This document shows, one piece after another, positions 17,254 through 26,694 of a DNA stretch of 32,000 nucleotides. The position numbers and the translations under genes were made by a program. The stretch is from Acaryochloris marina MBIC11017 (GTDB taxonomy: Bacteria > Cyanobacteriota > Cyanobacteriia > Thermosynechococcales > Thermosynechococcaceae), in assembly GCF_000018105.1 (NCBI RefSeq), contig NC_009925.1:1770001-1802000 (forward strand), in the 5' to 3' direction. The notes under the pieces are model-generated. The model did not search any database. It was not told the origin of the DNA and saw only the letters and a list, made by a program, of their open reading frames with translations. Within the stretch, counting starts at the first letter, position 1. Each line of letters opens with the position of its first letter.

Positions 17254-17724
17254 TTAGTACCGATAATGGGCAAACGCTTTATTAGCTTCTGCCATACGAT
17301 GGGTCTCTTCACGCTTACGAATCGCTGCACCTGTTTCGTTCGCTGCATCGATGAGTTCATTAGCCAATTTACTCACCATAGACCGCCCAGGACGCTGGCG
17401 CGAAAAGCGAATAATCCATCGTAACGCCAGGGCAATACCGCGATCAGATCGGACTTCCATCGGGACTTGATAGGTAGCACCACCGACTCGGCGTGCTTTC
17501 ACTTCTACCAATGGCGTCACATTGCGAACTGCCGTTTCAAACACCTCTAGTGGGTCCTGATTAGTCCGTTCTTCGATGATTTTCAACGCATCGTAAAGGA
17601 TACGGGATGCCAAAGATTTTTTCCCACTCGCCATCAAGCGCCGAATAGTCATACTAATGAGGCGGCTATTGTAAACCGGATCGGGGGGAACAGGGCGCTT
17701 TTGGGCACGAATACGACGAGACAT
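17254..17724 (-). CDS. rpsG: 30S ribosomal protein S7
   Basis: The 156-aa product begins [22 protein letters not shown] and ends ...AHYRY, a canonical S7. Confidence 0.97.
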   Translation of the reverse strand: MSRRIRAQKRPVPPDPVYNSRLISMTIRRLMASGKKSLASRILYDALKIIEERTNQDPLEVFETAVRNVTPLVEVKARRVGGATYQVPMEVRSDRGIALALRWIIRFSRQRPGRSMVSKLANELIDAANETGAAIRKREETHRMAEANKAFAHYRY

Positions 17725-17933
17725 GAGAAATCCTACACAAGATAGTAAAAATTAAGGGCTTAATAAATCCTCGATATTTCGAGGAATGTATTTTTTAGAC
17801 TACGACAACCAAAACCATCTAGCCTAATACTCGCACTGATGAGAGGAATAGGATTAAGGTCTGCATGTTCCCAAAACATAAGCCATCGTCAGGGAACTTC
17901 ACTCTATCTCAAGCCAAGAGCAACAGGTAGCCA

Positions 17934-18308
17934 CTAATCTTTAGGACGCTTCGCCCCATATTTTGAACGGCCTTGGCGTCTATCTTTAACTCCAGCAGTA
18001 TCTAAAGTACCGCGGATAATATGGTAGCGAACACCCGGCAAATCTTTAACACGACCACCCCGAATCATAACAACGGAATGCTCTTGCAAATTATGGCCAA
18101 TGCCAGGGATATAAGCAGTAACCTCAAAACCAGAGGTTAAACGAACTCGGGCGACTTTCCGCAAAGCAGAGTTGGGCTTTTTAGGGGTCGTGGTATAAAC
18201 GCGAGTACAAACACCACGGCGTTGAGGACAGCTTTTTAAAGCCGGCGACTTTGTCTTTTTCTTTGTGTTGTAACGCTCGCTGCGGATGAGCTGCTGAATT
18301 GTGGGCAT
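17934..18308 (-). CDS. rpsL: 30S ribosomal protein S12
   Basis: The 124-aa product contains MPTIQQLIR...[17 protein letters not shown]...[18 protein letters not shown], a canonical S12. Confidence 0.97.
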   Translation of the reverse strand: MPTIQQLIRSERYNTKKKTKSPALKSCPQRRGVCTRVYTTTPKKPNSALRKVARVRLTSGFEVTAYIPGIGHNLQEHSVVMIRGGRVKDLPGVRYHIIRGTLDTAGVKDRRQGRSKYGAKRPKD

Positions 18309-18329
18309 AGATGGGCGATGGTAAGTTAA

Positions 18330-18360
18330 GTTAGGATTTTGAATTCTTCCAAATCCTAAC
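18330..18360 (-). terminator. Hairpin between ybaB and rpsL (putative terminator)
   Basis: GTTAGGATTT (18330-18339) pairs with AAATCCTAAC (18351-18360) around an 11-nt loop. It lies 30 nt after the ybaB stop on the minus strand and is followed by only a weak U-rich run. Confidence 0.4.
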
Positions 18361-18389
18361 TATATAGATCTTTAAGGCCTTGTGTCAAC

Positions 18390-18746
18390 TTAACCACCTA
18401 AACCTGGCAAATTAAGATCGCCTGTCAAGTCTTCCATTCGCTCACGCATGGTATCGGTGGATTTTTGATATGCATCTTTCATTGCTTCAGCAACCAGTTC
18501 AGACAATGCATCTAGACCTTTATCGACTGCTTCTTGGGTAATTTCAGCACGAATAGGTTCTTGGTTACCGCTCATGACCACCTTAACTAAGCCGCCACCA
18601 GCTGCACCCTCGATCTCCATTTGTTCAAGATCTTCTTGTAATTGCTTTGCGCCTTCTTGCACTTGTTGTGCTTTCTGAATAGCTGCAGCTAATTCTTTCA
18701 TTTTGCCGAGGCCGAAGCCAAAGCCTTGTCCTTGCTCTTTTGGCAT
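18390..18746 (-). CDS. ybaB: YbaB/EbfC-family nucleoid-associated protein
   Basis: At 118 aa, it contains [54 protein letters not shown], and its C-terminus is ...LNLPGLGG. Both are typical of the family. Confidence 0.85.
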   Translation of the reverse strand: MPKEQGQGFGFGLGKMKELAAAIQKAQQVQEGAKQLQEDLEQMEIEGAAGGGLVKVVMSGNQEPIRAEITQEAVDKGLDALSELVAEAMKDAYQKSTDTMRERMEDLTGDLNLPGLGG

Positions 18747-18877
18747 AGTCTTTATGGTTTGTTAATGTGCTTGAATCTTTGCTTTGCTCTAGATGAGCTC
18801 CTCTAAGGAACCTCAAATCGAACTGTTTACTATGATACTGAGAGTCTACCCTAAGAGGCGTAAAGGGAATCTACTTT

Positions 18878-19804
18878 CTATGTGATTTGTGGAAATTTAC
18901 CCAACATTTTTACCTCTGGTTTGAGCAGCAATGACCAATTTTCCTCAACTTTTTGCTGAACATAATGAATCAGATTGAAGATGTCAGTCGCCGTGGCGTT
19001 ACCAGAATTAAGGATAAAGTTAGCGTGCTTTTGAGCAACTTGCGCCCCTCCTAGTGAGTATCCTTTCAAGCCTGATTGCTCAATTAGCCAACCTGCCGTT
19101 CGCGGCAGCGGATTGCGAAACACGCTGCCACAACTTGGCCAATCATAGGGTTGCGTGCTGAGGCGATGGTCTAAGTGGGACTGAGTTGTCGCTTTGACCT
19201 GTTCAGCCGATTGATTGGCATGAAGCTGGAACACTCCCAGCAAAACAGGCTTGGGAGATTGCTGTAAGATAGATGACCGATACTGAAAGGCCATGTGTTC
19301 AGGCTTCAATACCTGAACCGTTCCATCTTTGTCTAGGGCATGAACCTCAGTTAACACATCTGCCGTACATCCACCGTGCGCTCCAGCATTCATCACTAAT
19401 GCTCCGCCTACCGTTCCAGGAATACCGACGGCCCATTCCAAACCCGACCAGCCCCGTTTAGCAGCTTGCCAAGCTAGTTTAGGTAACGATTCCCCAGCAT
19501 AGGCTGTAACTTGACAAGTTTCAGGATCGAACGTTCTTTGCCGCAAGTACCGCGTTGAGATGACTAAACCTGGTAATCCCTGGTCACTAATGAGCAAGTT
19601 TGAACCTGCCCCCAAAAAGGTGATGGGCAGAGCTTGCTCATTAGCCCAAGCATAGCTAGCTTGTAATTCTTTTAGATTATGGGGAGCGATAAACCACTCC
19701 GCTGCTCCCCCTACGCGGAATGTCGTCATATCGGCCAAACTCACATAAGGCTGAATTTCGCAGTTGCCATTGTCAATAAAGATGGAGGGTAAAGACTGAG
19801 TCAT
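18878..19804 (-). CDS. murB: UDP-N-acetylenolpyruvoylglucosamine reductase
   Basis: FAD-binding MurB blocks are present: TTFRVGGAAEWF, LGAGSNLL, PGTVGGALVMNAGAHG, GSVFRNP and HANFILN. Its ATG overlaps the murC stop (ATGA at 19801-19804). Confidence 0.93.
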   Translation of the reverse strand: MTQSLPSIFIDNGNCEIQPYVSLADMTTFRVGGAAEWFIAPHNLKELQASYAWANEQALPITFLGAGSNLLISDQGLPGLVISTRYLRQRTFDPETCQVTAYAGESLPKLAWQAAKRGWSGLEWAVGIPGTVGGALVMNAGAHGGCTADVLTEVHALDKDGTVQVLKPEHMAFQYRSSILQQSPKPVLLGVFQLHANQSAEQVKATTQSHLDHRLSTQPYDWPSCGSVFRNPLPRTAGWLIEQSGLKGYSLGGAQVAQKHANFILNSGNATATDIFNLIHYVQQKVEENWSLLLKPEVKMLGKFPQIT

Positions 19805-21264
19805 TTCAAAACAACCTCAGGAGAAGGTTTTGATGAGACCTGAAAATGGGTAAGCAAATCTGGAATGATGCGGTTCAAATCTCCTGCTCCCAAGAATAGG
19901 ACTACATCACCCGATTGCAAATGTCCTTGCAAAAAATCGATAACATTGGTCAAAGTCGGTTGAAACGTCACGACAGAATGGTTAGCGGCAATTGCATCTG
20001 CCAACTTTTTACCATTAATGGTGCCTGGATTTGCTTCTCCAGCACTATAGATATCAGTCACAACCACTAAATCGGCATCTTGAAAAGATTGGCTAAACTC
20101 TTGAAAGAAGGTGGCTGCGCGGCTGTAGCGATGGGGTTGGAAGACGGCCACCACTCGTGATTGAGAATAGGTTGCAGCTGCTGCTTGAGCTTGGAGCTTC
20201 GCTGATGCCAAGGTCACTTGGATTTCACTAGGATGATGTGCATAATCGTCGATCAAACAAATCCCTTGAGCTTCTCCATAAATTTCGAAACGACGCTTCG
20301 CTCCTGAGAAAGTCCGTAATGCTTTAGCAATGGCAGGGAATTCTAAACCGACGTAACGGCCAACTGCAACGGCAGCTAGGGCATTACTAAGATTATGTTC
20401 TCCCAGCAGAGGAAGCTCTAACTGTCCTAAGCTCTCTCCACGTTCTAGGACCTCTACGATTGTTCCTTGGCCTGAATAGTCAATATTTTGAACCGTATAA
20501 TCTGCCGATACTTTACTACTCAAACTGTAAGTAATCATGGACTGATCGGTAGCCAATGCGAGAAAACGATCAGCGATGGTGGGGCAGTCTACCGAGACAA
20601 TCAAAGTATGGCAATGATCGACAAACTCTTGAAAGATGCTCACCACTTGATCCAGTGAGGTGTAGTGATCAGGGTGATCAAGTTCAATATTTGTAATAAC
20701 ACCAATGTGAGGGAAAAACTTTACGAGGGACCCATCAGATTCATCAGCCTCAGCGACTAGATAGGGGCTTTCACCCGTGCGGGCATTCCCACCCCATGCA
20801 GCAACTTCTCCGCCCACAATGATGGTGGGATCTAAACTCGCTTGCAACAATAAATAGCCCACCAAACTACTCGTGGTTGTTTTACCATGGGTTCCAGCAA
20901 TTGCAATGCTTTGCGGGAACTCTTGCATGAGCGCTGCCAGCACATCAGAACGGTGAAAGATAGGGCATCCTGCTTGAACAGCGGCCTGGTACTCAGGATT
21001 GTCCTCATGAATGGCCGTTGAACAAATCACTTGAGGGGGAGCAGAAGACCCCTGGCAAAGCTGCTTGATGTTAGTCGCCTCTTGCCGGGAGAAGATCTGG
21101 GCACCCTGGGATTCTAATTTTTGGGTGATATGGTTAGCGCGAGCATCTGAGCCCGAAATAGGCAATTGTCGTTTGAGGAGGATATGGGCTAGTGCAGACA
21201 TGCCGATACCACCAACACCAATGAAGTGAATGGGACGACCACCTAAATCGACTGCACTTTGCAT
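19801..21264 (-). CDS. murC: UDP-N-acetylmuramate--L-alanine ligase
   Basis: The product contains IHFIGVGGIGMSALA (Rossmann fold) and the Mur ligase P-loop IAGTHGKTTTSSL, plus DDYAHHPSE. I chose the ATG at 21264; a GTG at 21294 is an alternative start. Confidence 0.93.
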   Translation of the reverse strand: MQSAVDLGGRPIHFIGVGGIGMSALAHILLKRQLPISGSDARANHITQKLESQGAQIFSRQEATNIKQLCQGSSAPPQVICSTAIHEDNPEYQAAVQAGCPIFHRSDVLAALMQEFPQSIAIAGTHGKTTTSSLVGYLLLQASLDPTIIVGGEVAAWGGNARTGESPYLVAEADESDGSLVKFFPHIGVITNIELDHPDHYTSLDQVVSIFQEFVDHCHTLIVSVDCPTIADRFLALATDQSMITYSLSSKVSADYTVQNIDYSGQGTIVEVLERGESLGQLELPLLGEHNLSNALAAVAVGRYVGLEFPAIAKALRTFSGAKRRFEIYGEAQGICLIDDYAHHPSEIQVTLASAKLQAQAAAATYSQSRVVAVFQPHRYSRAATFFQEFSQSFQDADLVVVTDIYSAGEANPGTINGKKLADAIAANHSVVTFQPTLTNVIDFLQGHLQSGDVVLFLGAGDLNRIIPDLLTHFQVSSKPSPEVVLK

Positions 21265-21690
21265 TACTATATTTCGCTCCTTCTCGGCCCACACCTAGTT
21301 ACACGCGACATCATAGCAGGAACTCTAAAAAATTCGAGTTCTTTTCCTTGCTTCCCACACATCTCTTTTGGATCTATGTCAATCTGGATGCTGCCGACAT
21401 TGCCAGCATTTTTCAATCTCTATCTTTCAGGTAAAAGGCTAAAGCTGATAGATACACCAGCATCCTAAGTCCTATAGAGTTTCAGGTTCCATTTTGTTTG
21501 ATATCTGGTTATGTTGCCAAGCAACACCATAATTTTATTCTGTAAAATTTTTAATATCTTCTCACTGATGATGTCAATCTGGTGATGGTCGAACGCCCCA
21601 CTAACAATTTGCAAAATCCGAATATGTAATAGTCGGCATGGTATTGTTTGCGATCAAATCTCCAAGACATCCACCTGAGTTAAGTTACCC

Positions 21691-22443
21691 ATGAGCGAAC
21701 CACGGTTAGCTTCGATCAAAATTGTTTTAGTCGAACCGGCTGGCCCCCTCAATGTGGGGAGCATCGCCCGAGTGATGAAAAACATGGGATTAGGGCAGTT
21801 AGTGCTCGTTAAACCCCACTGTAATCCTTTAGGCCCAGAAGCCAAACAGATGTCGGTTCACGCCGTTGACGTCCTATACCAGGCTAAAACGGTTCAAACG
21901 TTATCGGAAGCACTCGTGGGATGTCAGCGAGTGGTGGCTACCACCGCTCGACAACGGCGGTTACAGGTGGTAACTCAAGCCCCTAAACAAATCTTGCCCT
22001 GGATACTAGAAGGTGAAGCCGCCTTGATCTTTGGCCCCGAGGATCGAGGGCTCAGCAATGAAGAGCTTTACCACGCCCAAGCTTTCCTTCAAATCCCGAC
22101 AAGCTCTGACTATGCAGCCTTGAATCTCGCTCAGGCCGTCACAATTTGCTGTTACGAGTTGCGTCAATGCCTACTGATGGGCCTTGACAACCGGCCCACT
22201 GAGCCTAGAATTGCAGAGTCTGATCATCTCCAAGTAGAATTGGCCCCCTTTCAACAAATGGAAGCGTTCTATCAAGCCCTAGAAGTAGCTTTATTGGACA
22301 TCGGCTATCTACATCCTCATACAGCAACCGCAAGGATGCAGAAACTACGGCAGCTCTTTAATCGCAGTCAGCTGTCAACCCAGGAATTAGCTATGTTAAG
22401 AGGGATGATTCGTCAGGTACACTGGAAAACTCAGGCAAATTGA
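21691..22443 (+). CDS. SpoU/TrmH-class RNA 2'-O-methyltransferase (TrmJ-like)
   Basis: IKIVLVEPAGPLNVGSIARVMKNMGLGQLVLV, LIFGPEDRGLSNEE and LNLAQAVTICCYEL are the three SPOUT motifs. The ~90-aa C-terminal extension resembles that of TrmJ. Confidence 0.8.
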   Translation: MSEPRLASIKIVLVEPAGPLNVGSIARVMKNMGLGQLVLVKPHCNPLGPEAKQMSVHAVDVLYQAKTVQTLSEALVGCQRVVATTARQRRLQVVTQAPKQILPWILEGEAALIFGPEDRGLSNEELYHAQAFLQIPTSSDYAALNLAQAVTICCYELRQCLLMGLDNRPTEPRIAESDHLQVELAPFQQMEAFYQALEVALLDIGYLHPHTATARMQKLRQLFNRSQLSTQELAMLRGMIRQVHWKTQAN

Positions 22444-22574
22444 TTAAAATACTCATAATCTTTTACTGTCGGCAATGCATTAAAGATTGAATAAAACTTT
22501 GAGGCTTGCCGATCCAGAGTGGATACAGCTTCAAGTCCTCAGCTCATTTTGCTCCATCACGTCCATAGCTAAAT

Positions 22575-23957
22575 TTGTTGATTCAGGAGAGGGTGGTGCT
22601 TCAACACTCCAGGCAATCTTTGACTTCACGACAGCAGCGCCAGTTATGGCAGCAGCGCCGGAGGATACATCAAACGCGCCGAGCAATGCGCAAACAGCTT
22701 GTGCAGCAAACTCAGCATCGCGCCCCATCCAATCGTTTTCGCCCCTCTTCTTCTCCACAGCCCAAAAGATCCTCTGGTATTTCTCGAAAATCGACCAAGA
22801 GAAATTCGTCTGTTCCAAAAGCACCTATCCGATCCACCCGTCCGAGGAAACGTCCCAGCTCCTGGGGATGGTTTGTATATCTCACTCGTTTAGCCATTGT
22901 TGGATCTGGGGTTGCTGCGATTGCTGGCACCGTTCTAACGGTCCTTGATCCCAAACCTAACTCATCAGTTTCTCGGTCTCCTGCTGTATCCTCTGCCCTA
23001 GCCCCCGCTCCTCTAAACGCTGAAACACCAAACAATTCTGAGCAGTCGGTTCAACCGAAAACCTTTGACACCCAGCCTGAAGGACCTCAGTCTCTAATTT
23101 TTCGCTGGTCCCAAGAGCCACGGATGCAGCGGTTGGTTCGTGAGGGGCAAGAGCTAACGACGATCAAGCGACAGATCCAGGCATGGTCTGCAGCTCAATC
23201 AGAGCTTAAGCCTGCGATGTTTTTCCTGAATCCCAGCACTGGCGAATATTTAGATATCAATGGGGCGAAAAGTATTTCAGCCGCCAGCACGATTAAAATT
23301 CCTGTCTTACTTGCATTTTTTGAAGACGTTGATGCAGGCATCATTGATCTAGATGAGCCCTTAGTGATGCGCCCAGATCTAGTGGCATCTGAAGCTGGCT
23401 CTATGCAGTACGAACCAGTGGGCACAACGTTTTCTGCCCTAGACACAGCAGAGTATATGATTGCAATCAGCGATAACACTGCCACCAATATGTTGATTGA
23501 TCGCCTCGGGGGTGCAGAAAAACTCAATCAGCGGTTTAAATCCTGGGGTCTCAAACACACGACCATCCGTAATCCCTTACCAGACTTAGAAGGCACCAAT
23601 ACCATTAGCCCCCAAGATATGGCAGCCTTAATGCTCAAACTCAAGGATGAAGATTTACTCTCGTCTACCAGCCGCGAGCAAGCATTAGATATTTTGCGTC
23701 AAACCGTGACCAATACCCTTCTCCCCCAGGGAATAGAAAAAGATGCAGACATTGCCCATAAAACGGGTGATATTGGCTCTGTTGTCGGGGATATCGGCCT
23801 CATTGACATGCCCAATGGCCAGCACTACGTTGCCGCTATATTAGTGCAAAGACCTCACAATGATCCCCGTGCCCAGGAGCTGATCCGTAAGATTTCTAAA
23901 CTCACTTACAAAACATTTCGAAAACAGGTCGCCCCTGCCACAAGATCAGACAATTAG
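22575..23957 (+). CDS. Membrane-anchored serine hydrolase with a class-A beta-lactamase / PBP fold
   Basis: SxxK is ASTIK, SDN is ISDNTATN, and KTG is HKTGD. One TM helix (WFVYLTRLAIVGSGVAAIAGTVLTVL) follows a ~95-aa Arg/Gln/Ser-rich tail. The start is uncertain: TTG 22575, GTG 22593 after AGGAG, or ATG 22686. Confidence 0.8.
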   Translation: MLIQERVVLQHSRQSLTSRQQRQLWQQRRRIHQTRRAMRKQLVQQTQHRAPSNRFRPSSSPQPKRSSGISRKSTKRNSSVPKAPIRSTRPRKRPSSWGWFVYLTRLAIVGSGVAAIAGTVLTVLDPKPNSSVSRSPAVSSALAPAPLNAETPNNSEQSVQPKTFDTQPEGPQSLIFRWSQEPRMQRLVREGQELTTIKRQIQAWSAAQSELKPAMFFLNPSTGEYLDINGAKSISAASTIKIPVLLAFFEDVDAGIIDLDEPLVMRPDLVASEAGSMQYEPVGTTFSALDTAEYMIAISDNTATNMLIDRLGGAEKLNQRFKSWGLKHTTIRNPLPDLEGTNTISPQDMAALMLKLKDEDLLSSTSREQALDILRQTVTNTLLPQGIEKDADIAHKTGDIGSVVGDIGLIDMPNGQHYVAAILVQRPHNDPRAQELIRKISKLTYKTFRKQVAPATRSDN

Positions 23958-23995
23958 CAGGTATACGTTGGGACTATGGGGTTTTAAGGACATCC

Positions 23996-24373
23996 ATGAA
24001 CTCATGGCCATCTATCACTCCCATCAGCATTGATCGGACCCTTCTTCATGAATACTCCGACGGTGATCGAAACTTCGAACAAGAGCTGTTGCATTTGTTT
24101 GTGGATGACACTCAGCAACATTTGGCCAACTTGAAAGCCGCCATCTCAGACCAGAACTTCGATATTGCCACACGAGAGGCCCATCACATCAAAGGAGCTA
24201 GTGCTCATGTAGGTGCCGTAGCCATGTTTGCGATCGCAGCCGAAATCGAAACCCTCATCAAGCAAAAAAGCACATCTCCAAGTCTCCCGTTACTCAGTCA
24301 ATTGGAAACAGCCTATCAAGACGTCATTGGCATGACTGAGCAATGGGATCAAGAATCAACAACACTCAGTTAA
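23996..24373 (+). CDS. Stand-alone histidine phosphotransfer (Hpt) domain protein
   Basis: The phospho-His motif EAHHIKGASAHVGA (HxxKG) lies within a 125-aa four-helix-sized protein. AAGGA sits 6 nt upstream of the ATG. Confidence 0.8.
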   Translation: MNSWPSITPISIDRTLLHEYSDGDRNFEQELLHLFVDDTQQHLANLKAAISDQNFDIATREAHHIKGASAHVGAVAMFAIAAEIETLIKQKSTSPSLPLLSQLETAYQDVIGMTEQWDQESTTLS

Positions 24374-24487
24374 GCTGTAGATTAGCTCTCCCCTCTAGAA
24401 TTGCTCAAGCAGCGCTCCGCTTTGGCGATGAACCAGAGGAGTGACAGAATAGCTGTTCCTTCGATATTTTTCCCAGACATTACTATT

Positions 24488-25540
24488 ATGCGCTTCATCG
24501 ACCAAACCGAAATATTCGTCAAAGCCGGAGACGGAGGAGACGGGATGGTAGCCTTCCGACGGGAGAAATACGTGCCTGCGGGGGGGCCTGCAGGGGGAAA
24601 TGGGGGTCGAGGTGGCTCGGTTATTCTCCAGGCTTCAACCCAACTCCAAACCCTGCTGGATTTCAAATACAAACATCAATTCGTGGCTGAAGATGGCAAA
24701 CGGGGTGGCCCAAAAAATTTAACCGGGGCATCGGGACAAGATCGCTTGATTGAAGTTCCCTGCGGCACGGTTATTTATGATGCAGACTCCATGACGTTGT
24801 TAGGGGATTTAACCACAAATGGGCAAACCCTAACCGTTGCTCAGGGCGGTAAAGGGGGACTAGGAAACAAACATTTTCTGAGCAACCGCAATCGAGCCCC
24901 AGAACATGCGCTACCCGGACTACCTGGAGAGGAGTTTCGACTGCATTTGGAATTGAAGCTATTAGCGGAGGTTGGCATTATTGGGTTGCCTAATGCGGGT
25001 AAATCAACCCTGATCTCCGTCTTATCCGCAGCTCGCCCCAAAATTGCCGACTATCCTTTCACAACGCTCATTCCCAACCTGGGTGTCGTCCCGAGAGCCA
25101 CAGGAGATGGCACCGTCTTCGCTGATATTCCTGGGCTGATCGAAGGAGCCCATGAGGGAGTCGGTTTAGGCCATGACTTCCTAAGGCATGTTGAGCGCAC
25201 CCGTCTACTGGTTCATCTAGTGGATGCCACCGCAGAGGATCCAGAGCAAGACTACCAGACCATTCAAAAAGAGCTATCCGCCTACGGCCAAGGCCTACAA
25301 AATCGACCCCAATTATTGGTGTTGAACAAAATAGATGCCATGGATTCAGAGCAACTGCTGGAAAAACAAGCCTGCTTAGAGCAAATGAGCGGAAGCCCAG
25401 TATATTTAATCTCTGCCGTAGCTCAACAGGGTCTAGACACACTACTTCAGCAAGTCTGGGAGGAACTAGATCGTCTACCTAACGATCTTCAAGAGGCTCC
25501 CATACCTGTTCTGGACTCACCCATCTTAAGAGAAACGTAA
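24488..25540 (+). CDS. obg: GTPase Obg/CgtA
   Basis: [45 protein letters not shown] is the Obg fold. G1 is [10 protein letters not shown]3 is DIPGLIEGA and G4 is NKID. The start is set at the ATG at 24488; the listed ORF has a non-homologous 29-codon extension. Confidence 0.93.
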   Translation: MRFIDQTEIFVKAGDGGDGMVAFRREKYVPAGGPAGGNGGRGGSVILQASTQLQTLLDFKYKHQFVAEDGKRGGPKNLTGASGQDRLIEVPCGTVIYDADSMTLLGDLTTNGQTLTVAQGGKGGLGNKHFLSNRNRAPEHALPGLPGEEFRLHLELKLLAEVGIIGLPNAGKSTLISVLSAARPKIADYPFTTLIPNLGVVPRATGDGTVFADIPGLIEGAHEGVGLGHDFLRHVERTRLLVHLVDATAEDPEQDYQTIQKELSAYGQGLQNRPQLLVLNKIDAMDSEQLLEKQACLEQMSGSPVYLISAVAQQGLDTLLQQVWEELDRLPNDLQEAPIPVLDSPILRET

Positions 25541-25688
25541 ATTTCAGCAGAAGGAAGTTGAATTATCATTCAATTTGGGAAAGATTAAGTAATAATACGG
25601 TATACATTAGCGGTACTCGGCAACTTTAACTACGGTGACAAGATTTCTGGGTAACGCTAAGCATAAAGACACGGGTGGCTTCTAGAGT

Positions 25689-26336
25689 ATGCAAGACGTT
25701 ATCACAGCTGATCAAAATCAACTGCTACTCATTGATGATGATCCGAATCTGATTTTATTAGTGAAGGATTACCTAGAATTACGTGGGTATGAGGTGACAA
25801 CGGCCAAGAATGGTCGGGAAGCCCTGCGTGTTCTAGAGAAGAGTATTCCTAATCTAATCATCTGTGATGTGATGATGCCAGAGATGGACGGCTATGCGTT
25901 TGTCAAACGTGTTCGGGATAATCCTCAAACCAGCTATCTCCCCGTTCTCTTTTTGTCAGCTAAGGGACAAATTCAAGACCGGGTCACCGGACTCAACACC
26001 GGGGCTGATGTATATATGATTAAGCCCTTTGAACCCGATGAATTAGTGGCGCAAATCGAAGCATCCCTAAAGCAAGCCTCTCGAATGATGCAGAAACAAG
26101 CGAACTCCTTAGAAGGAGAGCTATCGGTTCAAGTCCCCTTTGATGTCGATTTAACCCCAACAGAGACAAAAGTCATTCAGCTTGTTGCCAAAGGCATGTC
26201 CAACCGAGAGATCGCAGATGACCTGAGCGTTAGTCAACGCACGGTCGAAAGCCACGTCAGCAATATGCTCGGAAAAACAGGCTTAAACAACCGTACAGAA
26301 CTCGCTCGCTGGGCCATTGAGCAACGCATGGTCTAG
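25689..26336 (+). CDS. Response regulator, NarL/FixJ (LuxR-type HTH) family
   Basis: The receiver domain contains LLLIDDDP, the phospho-acceptor context LIICDVMMPEMDG, and KPF. The C-terminal LuxR HTH reads LTPTETKVIQLVAKGMSNREIADDLSVSQRTVESHVSNMLGKTG. Confidence 0.9.
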   Translation: MQDVITADQNQLLLIDDDPNLILLVKDYLELRGYEVTTAKNGREALRVLEKSIPNLIICDVMMPEMDGYAFVKRVRDNPQTSYLPVLFLSAKGQIQDRVTGLNTGADVYMIKPFEPDELVAQIEASLKQASRMMQKQANSLEGELSVQVPFDVDLTPTETKVIQLVAKGMSNREIADDLSVSQRTVESHVSNMLGKTGLNNRTELARWAIEQRMV

Positions 26337-26668
26337 GTACGGTTCCGAGATCCCTCAAGTGACAACAGCCACAACATCAAAGACAACACACCAACCTGCA
26401 ATGCGAAGTTTGGCAGTGTAGTAGCGATATCTTTCCCTGCTAATAGTTGAAAGAAAAACACCACGGCCCCTACAAACGCCGAGCCGGCAAACGCAATGTA
26501 AAAGAATCGTCTCAACCCACGATAGGGAGACTTTAATTCGGCACGCAGCTGCTTAAGCTGCTCCGGGTTTAAGGAAGACCGAGAAGAATTAGGCGTTGGG
26601 GGTTGGGACATGAATCGCAATCCATCATTGTCGTCAAGATTATTTCTGAAGTACGCTGGCGGATCCAT
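26333..26668 (-). CDS. Small two-TM membrane protein (DUF3493-like, conserved in cyanobacteria and plastids)
   Basis: LRAELKSPYRGLRRFFYIAFAGSAFVGAVVFFFQLLAG is followed by a second hydrophobic helix. The family assignment is from memory only. Its stop overlaps the response-regulator stop (CTAG at 26333-26336). Confidence 0.6.
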   Translation of the reverse strand: MDPPAYFRNNLDDNDGLRFMSQPPTPNSSRSSLNPEQLKQLRAELKSPYRGLRRFFYIAFAGSAFVGAVVFFFQLLAGKDIATTLPNFALQVGVLSLMLWLLSLEGSRNRT

Positions 26669-26694
26669 GAATGAGTGGACTGCACGCTCTAGGT

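Noticed and set aside
22487-22948. 153-aa plus-strand ORF overlapping the start of the serine hydrolase gene, plus antisense ORFs at 22531-22824 and 22712-23035.
   Set aside because: The TM helix and the SxxK/SDN/KTG domain are contiguous only in the 22575 frame. The multiple open frames come from the stop-poor CAG/CGC-rich composition of this stretch.
24382-24672. 96-aa minus-strand ORF, and the 29-codon upstream extension of the listed obg ORF (24401-24487).
   Set aside because: Obg homology starts exactly at MRFIDQ (ATG 24488). The antisense ORF is the Gly-rich Obg fold region read backwards, which makes it Pro-rich.
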